Below, piece after piece: positions 10,229 to 18,609 of a stretch of 18,609 nucleotides of DNA; positions within the stretch are counted from its first letter, which is position 1; each line of letters begins with the position of its first letter. Position numbers and translations under genes: made by a program. The stretch is taken from contig NW_021824470.1 in NCBI RefSeq assembly GCF_006345805.1, positions 1 to 18,609 on the forward strand, given 5' to 3'. The notes below the pieces were generated by a model that had not been told where the DNA came from, made no database searches, and was given only the letters and a program-made list of their open reading frames with translations. The stretch is from Octopus sinensis (Eukaryota).

Positions 10229-11597
10229 GTAAGTATTTGACACTTTCTACGTATTTTCCACATCCAATATTTTAAATTCTCATTGATTATGTTCTCAGCT
10301 AATCGCTTATGCTGTTTATCTCACAGCTTTAAGCACAATCTTATGTTAGAGTAAAACAATCGATATGTTACCTGCTGTGAAGTCAAATAAACTGTTACTT
10401 ACCATATTGAATTATAATATATAACATCGCATACACAGAGATTGGCTATGACTAGTATCTGACTTTGATTTCATTTGTCTGAACTTATCAAATCTTACGG
10501 TATATTCAATGAATGGACAGTATAAAAACTTTAGTGCTAAGAAAACGTGTATTCCACATAGTTATATTATATCATTAATTAGTTGAATTGTTACTTATTG
10601 TTACAGTAATATGATATAATATCAGTTGATCGTGTCACAGAATAATTGTTAATTATTGTTTGTGTTAATTTTATTATAGAATATGCAGCGAGCTATCAGA
10701 ATCGTTGTGCACGCCAGACAAAATGTTGAGCGGTATTTCGTTCGTCTTTACGTTTCGATGTTAAATTCTGTCGAGGTTGACATTGTTTTTCATTCTTTTG
10801 GAGTCGGTAAAATAATTAGCAATTTATCTCTGAGATCAATGTAAAGGACTTGTCCCTTTCCCAAAATTTCAGGTTTGTTCCTATAGAGAAATTATTATTT
10901 TTATAATTAAAAATGAAACAGATGGATTAAACAGCAGATAATGACGAGATCCGCTTAAATTGCCAATTCTTAAAATACCTAAGTGAAGAAATCAAAATAG
11001 TTTGTGTTTTAACAAATTATGAGGAATTATTTTTGATAGAATGTCATCAGTAAAATTTACCCTATCACGAACACAATAAAACTTATTACAAAATTATGCA
11101 AGCTTAATTGAAGTTTCGGCTGATTGATGTATCCCCGTTCACCTGAAACCTTACGCAATTTTTAAGTAAATTATTAAAATTTAACGTCTCAAGAAATGGA
11201 ATAGAATAAAAAAGAGAAATTATTTGATACATGCAATCATAACAAATACTCTGTTGCAACACATTGCTCTTCCAGGTGATTACTTCCAGTTAATTGGCTT
11301 GCATCATTGCATTAATCACCTTAAACTTTCAGTTTTAATCAAATATTCTAATACTAAAGTGGATCAATTCATTCGATCATATCTATTTCTCAAAACATTT
11401 GGAAGGTTTTGACAAAATGAGAAATCCTAATGTAAAATAAAGAGAAAAGTTTCAATAATGGAATCCCTAAATCTCGTATAACTCAAGATGTTGAATAGTA
11501 AAGTTGAAGTTCTGTTTAATAAGTTAGATATTTTCATCGTTCATAACTTGAGCGAGGATAGGCACAAATCTTTTGACCGTCTAGTAGAATACATTGC

Positions 11598-11695
11598 GTT
11601 CTGACACACGGCAATCTGACGTCAAATCCCGCCAAGGTCAACCTTGGGTCATTCATTTCAGAGATCAATAAAGAACCATAACTGTTCAATGAACA
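11598..11695 (+). mobile_element. Degenerate SINE head (paralog at about 16426-16520)
   Basis: tctgacgtcaaatcccgccaaggtcaaccttgggtcattcatttcagagatcaataaa resembles the B-box ..gttcaaatcccgccgaggtcaactttgcctttcat family also seen at 2350-2494. Confidence 0.5.
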
Positions 11696-11856
11696 AATGC
11701 AACCATGAGGACCTCGAATAAGACACCTTGCAGTATATTGTCCAGTTGTCTGTGACCTGAGTTAAAATTCCACACTTTTTATTTTAGCGATTTTGGAGAA
11801 AGGATCATACAAGTTTTTTAACCCCTGCAAGATCTCCAATACTTGTGAGACAGATA

Positions 11857-12237
11857 TCTCTCTCTATATAAACGGCAGTTTGTCTGTGCGTTTTCTGTGT
11901 GTCTGTTTACTCGTACCTTCACTCTGACCACGGCTTTCAACCGATTCTGATGAAACTTGACACACACATAGCCCAATGTCATAATTCAAAACTAACGCAG
12001 CGAAATTTTAAAGTTCCCCCAGTTCTGAAAAAAATCGATAAATTCGACATGGGGTCGAGAATCAGAAATCCAAACCACAGACCGTCAAGGGGACGCAACT
12101 CCACCTTTTTTAACTCTCAAAAAAAATTTACCATCATTTTTTTTCCATTTTTTTGCTATTTTTTGGCTATAACTCTCTAAAAATGCTTTATAGTTATTTC
12201 CCTTACAAACCTGAGCAACGCCGGGCGATACTGCTAG
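11857..12237 (+). mobile_element. Non-autonomous Helitron (381 bp)
   Basis: Starts TCTCTCTCTATATAAAC and ends CTAG. A subterminal hairpin, cctgagcaacgccggg, lies ~11 nt from the end. It is inserted between A and T with no TSD, and the empty site cagata|tcatt is at 16686/16687. Confidence 0.93.
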
Positions 12238-12929
12238 TCATTAATATTCCGTTTGAGCTGTTACAGGAATGATTAACAGGGATGCTATTTAGGGGATGAA
12301 GGATTTAGCATAGATGGCAAATAATGGGAACAAACTGAGGTTTAATACAGCAAGAGTAAGGAGCAAAGGGCTAAAAAAAGACGAAAAAACTAAGGCAATG
12401 TATGTTGCCACATCCCTTTTTTAAATAACACCCTTAACCAGTTAAATCACCATGTAAGGTTGTTCTCCTTTGTAGCACACAACTCAAAATTATATCAGGG
12501 TTTCCCCACTCTACCATCACCAATTCTATTAATAAATCCCTTTCTATTTCTGTTATGTTTTCCTTCCTAGTCTATTATTTCAGTCTTGAAGTTTTGGGGG
12601 CTTATTTATTTTTGTGAAGAACTTTTATGCATCAATTATGCAAAGGAGAGGAGTTTACTTTTGCAAAGATAAATTACTTTTGACAGCAAAGTGTAATAAC
12701 AAATAGAATGCTCATTGGACAGAAACAAGATATTTATAAATAAAGCTGACTTCTGAGATGATAAAAATATCTTCCACTGAAAACTGATGTTGCAACGAAG
12801 GCTTTGTAAATCTAATTCAAATCACAAATATTTTGAACATCCATTCTTTTCTCATATTTTACATGCATGTGTGTTTTTCATTCATACTTTACGTGGTGAC
12901 TTAAATCTGTTTTATATCTTATATAATAA

Positions 12930-13675
12930 AATATACGAAAATGCAAACAGAACCTTCGTGAAGACGAAAAGAAAGCCTTACAAACTGCAAATTGACAATT
13001 TAATCATCCTAAACGAAACCGATTGGGGAAGGTGATAGCAGTCACGGACCAAGACTACTATAAAGATAAAATATTGGAAACAGACTAATCCTGCTACAAG
13101 GAAGAACCAAGACACGCGGAGAAAGTAATAATGAATACACCCAAAATTAAGATAAATGAATACCAACGTTCGTTCACAGATAAAGAGAAAGATTATTTAT
13201 GCAGCTCTGTAATGAAAGAGAGTAATTTCTATGGATCACCCAAGATCTGCGAATGCTCCAAAATGCAAGGATCAGCATATAAAAATACTAAGACCTACTG
13301 ACATCAAATTGAGACCAACAGTTGCTGGACCTTGAGCCCCAACACAACAACTGAGCCATCTTTTGGATATGCTCCTCAAACCGTTGTGCCCATTAATGCC
13401 CAGCTATACCCGAGACGATATGGATTTCATCAAACACATTCACCCACTGTCCCAGAACGTACTATACTTAAAAGATTTGACTAATCTTTGTACAAATACA
13501 TCACACTTTGGGCCTGGGAGCAATCAAACACTGGGTAGAAAAACATAGCGGACGGATGGACGAACGCTTCAAAACGCATTTCCAAAGACACACGCCGGGA
13601 ACTAGAAGACAACACCTTTAGATTCGATAATAAACTGTATCGACAGATAAAAGGACGCCACTACGGGGACGAGGT
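12930..13675 (+). pseudogene. Penelope-like element reverse transcriptase fragment (copy 1)
   Basis: Pieces read NLREDEK..AL, DQDYYKDKIL, ESNFYGSPKI, LRPTVAGP.APTQQLSHLLDMLLKPL, SYTRDDMDF, DLTNLCTN.SH..G..AIKHW and NTFRFDNKLYRQIKG, in the order expected for a Penelope-type RT. Confidence 0.85.
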
Positions 13676-13877
13676 TCACACACATACTCGCACCCAGAGT
13701 AGATATACATATGTGTGTATATTTCTGAGTGTATATGTGTGTATGTGCTTATATGTGCATACATGTGCGTGTATGTGTGTGGATGTGTGTGTTGGTACAT
13801 AGAGAGGCGAAGCGGATACTCGAGGTTGTGCAAGTCAAGTAGGAAATAAAAATGAAACGGCTGCCACGTTAAGATAT

Positions 13878-14022
13878 TCTTCTCCTCCTGCTTCTTCTTC
13901 TTCTCCTTCTGCTTCTTTTTTTTCTCCTCCTTCTTCTTCTTCTTCTTCTTCTTCTTCTTCTTCTTTATCTTTCTTCTTCTTTTTCTTCTTCGTTATCTTT
14001 ATTCTTTTTCTTCCTTTCATTC
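13878..14022 (+). repeat. (TTC)n pyrimidine tract ~75 nt upstream of exon B; paralog at about 18330-18462 upstream of exon C
   Basis: Read directly. Confidence 0.93.
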
Positions 14023-14097
14023 TCAAGTCACAGTGTTTGATATCGTATCACAAATATTTTCCAAATAATCTATTTTACACTTTCTTTACTACCACAG

Positions 14098-14169
14098 AGC
14101 TCTTTGGGGCAACAGGATTTCAAGCATCAATGAAGGAGCATTCACGGGGCTTTCAAATTTAAAGGGATT
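14098..14169 (+). CDS. Exon B: one 24-aa typical-class LRR (72 nt, phase 2-2)
   Basis: tttctttactaccacag|a gct ctt tgg ggc aac agg att ... aag gga tt|gtaagt encodes (L)ALWGNRISSINEGAFTGLSNLKG(L). It is exactly 72 nt, matches LxLxxNxIxxIxxxxFxxLxxLxxL and splices in frame to exon A. Confidence 0.92.
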
Positions 14170-15159
14170 GTAAGTTCGTTCAGTTTCTTGATACTATTTT
14201 CCGAAAGTAATAATTGATGCTGATATATAAGCTCACAAATGTATAAAATTTCAGACTGAACGAAACAAAATTAATTCAAATTTGAGGATCGAACAAAATT
14301 TAGGAAGATACAAAGAGAATAGGAGAGAACGAGACAATGTGACAGAAAGAGAGAGAATTTGAGAGAGAAAGTGAAATAATAGGAAAAATATAATGTTCCT
14401 TTATTGTAGTTGCTTTGTTTCAATTCGCATCTCAATAACTCATTTTTGTTCCCCAAATTTCAATGATTTTGATATGAATTTGTATTAGAAATGGTAACGT
14501 TTGTGAGTTTACATGTTTTCATCAAATATATATTTAGCTGAAGTATATGTGTATGTTCATATATAAGTGTAGTTCTGTGTGAAATGTGACTATATCATTC
14601 CTTTATTTTATATTTTGCATCTTCCTCCATTTCTTATTTCAATAATCTCCTTCGTGTTTCGATATTATCATTCAACTTCGAATTTTGTCATTCACTTCAC
14701 GTTATTTATGTAATAGAGCAACTGAAGTGGAAGCGGAAAATATATATTCGAATAATATAGTCACATACATTCTATCTGTAAACCTGAAATACTTACTGTA
14801 CTTGTAAGCTGGGATATTTGGCCTGATACAATTAAACTGCTGATATATTTCTTGTAAGCGTGTGTTTTCTAATATTCTTGTGACAATGAAGCGATATGAA
14901 ATAAATAATCTCTCTCACCATATTTCCACAAGGGTGAGTGGGAATATGTGTGATGTGAGTGTGCATACCGCATTCCGTCGTTGATACTATGAATATAAGA
15001 ATGCGTATGAGTGCATTTGAATATGTTGATTTCTGATTCCGTATATTCCCTGATTTTTCAGCCATGTCTCCTCGCCCAAAATTTATCGATCTATCCTTGA
15101 ATTATTTCCTGATATTTTAAGAACATTTTCAGTTTCATCTTGAACGCCATAATTTTCAA

Positions 15160-16392
15160 TGTATCTTCTTCGTCTTCTTCTTCTTCTTTCCTCCTCTTCT
15201 TCTTCTTCTTCTTCTTCTTCTTCTACTTTCCTTCTCTTCTCCTTCCTTTTCTTCTTCTTCCACTTCTTTTCTTCTTTTTCTCTCATGCTCCTACTGCTGT
15301 CCTTTCCTCCTTCTTTTTCTCTCTTCGTTTTCTTCTTTTCCTTCTTCTTCTTCTTCTTCTTCTTCTAATCTTTTTCTTTTCATCTTCTACTCATCCTACT
15401 CCTTCTTCCTCTTCTAATTTCTTTCTTCTTCTTATTCTTCATTTTCTTCTTTAAATTCTCTTCCCCCTCCACTCCGCCCCTCCTCCTCATTTTTCCTCTT
15501 GTAATTCTCCTCCTCCCCTCCTCTCCTGCTCGTTTTTTCTTTTCTTCTTCTTCTTCTTCTTCTTCTCTTCTTCTTCTTCTTCTTCTTCTTCTTCTTCTTC
15601 TATCGCTTCTCCTTCTCCTTATTCTTTTTCTTCTTCTATCGCTTCTACTTATTTCTTCTTCTTCTTCTCCTACATCCTCTTCTACTTTCAACTTTTTCAA
15701 CTACTCCTCCTCCTCCTCCTCCTCCTCTTCTTCTTATTCTTCTTCTTTTTCTTCTACTCCTACTTTTCCACTTCATTGCTTCCTCCTCCTTTTTCCTCTT
15801 CCTCTTCTACTTCTTTTTTCCTCTTCTTTCTTTCTTCCCAATCCTCTCCGCCCTTCCTCCTCCTTTTTTCTTGTAATTCTCCTCCTCCCCCTCCTCTCCC
15901 GCATCTTTTTCTTCTTCTTCTGCGTCTTTCTTCTACTTCTTCTTCTTCTTCTTTTCCTCCTTCCTTCTTCTTTTCTTCCTTCTCATTTTTCTACCTTTTT
16001 TTCTTCTTATAATTCTTCTCTTCTTCTTCTTCTTCTTCTACTACTTTCTACTTCAACATTTACTTCTCCTCCTACTCCTCGTTCGTCTTCTTATATTCTT
16101 CTTTTTGTTATTCTCATCCTCCTCCTCCTTCATCTTCTTCTTCTTTTCCATATTCTCCTACTTATTCTTCCCCATCATTCTCCTCCTCCTCCTTTTTCCT
16201 CCTCTTCCTTCTTCTTCTTCTTCTTTCTACTTCTTCATTTACTTGTCATCCTCCTCCTCCTCCTCCTCCTCCGTCTTCTTCTTTTACTTTTTCCGCTACT
16301 ACTTCTTCCCTTTTACCATCCTCCTCCTCCTTTTTCCTCCTATTACTTCTTCCCCTTCTTTTTCTTCTCCTTCTTCTCCTTTCTTCTTCTAC
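15160..16392 (+). repeat. ~1.2 kb (TTC/TCC/TAC)n polypyrimidine microsatellite
   Basis: Read directly. It explains the poly-S/F/L and poly-E/R/K ORFs. Confidence 0.98.
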
Positions 16393-17389
16393 TAATACTT
16401 TTGACCGTCTAGCAGAATACATTGCGTTCTGACACACGGCAATCTGACTTCAAGTCCCGCCAAGGTCAACCTTGGGTCATTCATTTCAGAGATCAATAAA
16501 GAACCATAACAGTTCAATGAACAAATGCAACTATGAGGACCTCGAATAAAACACCTTGCAGTATATTGTCCAGTTGTCTGTGACCTGAGTTAAAATTCCA
16601 CACTTTTTATTTTACCGATTTTGGAGAAAGGATCATACAAGTTGTTTTAAACTCCTGCAAGATCTCCAATACTTGTGAGACAGATATCATTAATATTCCG
16701 TTTGAGCTGTTGCAGGTTAACCTTTACAGGAATGATTAACAGGGATGCTATTTAGGGGATGAAGGATTTAGCATAGATGGCTAATAATGGTAACAAACTG
16801 AGGTTTAATACAGCAAGAGTAAGGAGCAAAGGGCTAAAAAAAGACGAAAAAACTAAGGCAATGTATGTTTGCCACATCCCTTTTTTAAATAACACCCTTA
16901 ACCAGTTAAATCACCATGTAAGGTTGTTCTCCTTTGTAGCACACAACTCAAAATTATATCAGGGTTTCCCACTTACCATCACCAATTCTATTAATAAATC
17001 CCTTTCTATTTCTGTTATGTTTTCCTTCCTAGTCTATTATTTCAGTCTTGAAGTTTTGGGGGTTTATTTATTTTTGTGAAGAACTTTTTGCATCAATTAT
17101 GCAAATGAGAGGAGTTTACTTTTGCAAAGATAAATTACTTTTGACAGAAAGTGTAATAACAATAGAATGCTCATTGGACAGAAACAAGATATTTATAAAT
17201 AAAGCTGACTTCTGAGATGATAAAAATATCTTCCACTGAAAACTGATGTTTGCAACGAAGGCTTTGTAAATCTAATTCAAATCACAAATATTTTGAACAT
17301 CCATTCTTTTCTCATATTTTACATGCATGTGTGTTTTTCATTCATACTTTACGTGGTGACTTAAATCTGTTTTATCTTATATAATAAAA

Positions 17390-18127
17390 TATACGAAAAT
17401 GCAAACAGAACCTTCGTGAAGACGAAGAAAGCCTTACAAACTGCAAATTGACAATTTAAATCATCCTAAACGAAACCGATTGGGGAAGGGTGATAGCAGT
17501 CACGGACCAAGACTACTATAAAGATAAAATATTGGAAACAGACTAATCCTGCTACAAGGAAGAACCAAGACACGCGGAGAAAGTAATAATGAATACACCC
17601 AAAATTAGATAAATGAATACCAACGTTCGTTCACAGATAAAGAGAAGATTATTTATGCAGCTCTGTAATGAAAGAGAGTATTTCTATGGATCACCCAAGA
17701 TCTGCGAATGCTCCAAAATGCAAGGATCAGCATATAAAAATACTAAGACCTACTGACATCAATTGAGACCAACAGTTGCTGGACCTTGAGCCCCAACACA
17801 ACAACTGAGCCATCTTTTGATATGCTCCTCAAACCGTTGTGCCCATTAATGCCCAGCTATACCCGAGACGATATGGATTTCATCAAACACATTCCACCCA
17901 CTGTCCAGAACGTACTATACTTAAAAGATTTGACTAATCTTTGTACAAATACATCACACTTTGGGCCTGGGAGCAATCAAACACTGGGTAGAAAAACATA
18001 GCGGACGGATGGACGAACGCTTCAAAACGCATTTCCAAAGACACACGCCGGGAACTAGAAGACAACACCTTTAGATTCGATAATAAACTGTATCGACAGA
18101 TAAAAGGACACCACTACGGGGACGAGG
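17390..18127 (+). pseudogene. Penelope-like RT fragment (copy 2)
   Basis: Near-identical paralog of 12930-13675. Confidence 0.85.
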
Positions 18128-18539
18128 TTCACACACATACTCGCACCCAGAGATAGATATACATATGTGTGTATATTTCTGAGTGTACATGTGTGTATGT
18201 GCTTATATGTGCATACATGTGCGTGTATGTATGTGGATGTGTGTGTTGGTACATAGAGAGGCGAAGCGGATTCTCGAGGTTGTGCAAGTCAAGTAGGAGA
18301 TAAACATGAAACGGCTACCACATTAAGACATTCTTCTCCTCCGCTTCTTCTTTCTTCTCTTCTTGCTTCTTTTTTTTTTCTCCTTCCTTTTCTTCTTCTT
18401 CTTTCGTTATCTTTCTTCTTCTTTTTTTCTTCGTTATCTTTCTTCTTCTTTTTTCCTTCCATTCTCAAGTCACAGTGTTTGATATCGTATCACAAATATT
18501 TTCCAAATAATCTATTTTACGCTTTCTTTACTGCTATAG

Positions 18540-18609
18540 AGATCTGCAATGGAACAACATTGCAACCATCAAGAAGGTACATTCACGGGGCATTCGAATT
18601 TAAAGACAT
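18540..18609 (+). CDS. Exon C: second LRR exon, running to the window edge, with a 1-nt deletion
   Basis: tttctttactgctatag|a gat ctg caa tgg aac aac att gca acc atc aa- gaa ggt aca ttc acg ggg cat tcg aat tta aag aca t encodes (L)DLQWNNIATI?EGTFTGHSNLKT. It sits at the position paralogous to exon B. The donor site is expected just beyond the window. Confidence 0.82.

Larger units (their letters stand above)
11570..14169 (+). repeat. Duplicated intron+LRR-exon unit, copy 1
   Basis: Colinear with 16398-18609 from cttttgaccgtctag onward. About 96-99% identical by eye in the intronic parts, apart from the Helitron and microsatellite lengths. Confidence 0.97.
16398..18609 (+). repeat. Duplicated intron+LRR-exon unit, copy 2 (open at the window end)
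   Basis: Colinear with 11570-14169 but lacks the 381-bp Helitron. Confidence 0.97.

Noticed and set aside
11310-11350. LRR-like TLNFQFNQI obtained by removing one T
   Set aside because: It needs a frameshift, is followed by stops, and has no 72-nt exon with matching splice sites.
12279-12417. gggatg...catccc inverted ends suggesting a tiny MITE
   Set aside because: Only a 6-bp match with no TSD, which is expected by chance.
15083-16437. ORFs rich in S/F/L or E/R/K
   Set aside because: They are translations of the TTC/GAA tract.
1-18609. CRISPR arrays, rRNA genes, or prokaryotic operons and defence systems
   Set aside because: There is no repeat-spacer structure or rRNA motif. The window is intron-containing eukaryotic DNA.

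Overview
This is AT-rich, repeat-dense animal genomic DNA. The SINE families resemble those I recall from octopod cephalopods, but that assignment is inference. None of the ORFs in the supplied track is itself a real gene; most are translated microsatellites or transposon debris. Bases 1-9.7 kb are a pile-up of decayed mobile elements: SINEs, a hAT transposon split by a solo-LTR-like insert, a mariner, a gag-like LINE ORF1 remnant, an R4/Dong-type endonuclease remnant and a probable hAT MITE. From about 10 kb onward is the 5' part of a spliced + strand gene that the ORF track misses, encoding a secreted or membrane leucine-rich-repeat (LRR) protein. Exon A (10017-10228) encodes a signal peptide plus an LRR N-terminal cap and has an apparent 2-nt frameshift. 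Exon B (14098-14169) is a perfect 72-nt LRR exon. Exon C (18540 to the window end) is a second LRR exon with a 1-nt deletion. Exons B and C each end a copy of a ~2.2-2.6 kb intronic duplication that is ~96-99% identical by eye, yet the two exons are only ~75% identical and differ at all four variable positions of the LxLxxNxI motif. This suggests an LRR-cassette array expanding by intron+exon duplication, with homogenised introns and hypervariable ligand-binding exons, and is the main candidate for an undescribed diversified receptor system. A Helitron present in one copy only, with a clean empty site in the other, postdates the duplication or marks a haplotype difference.
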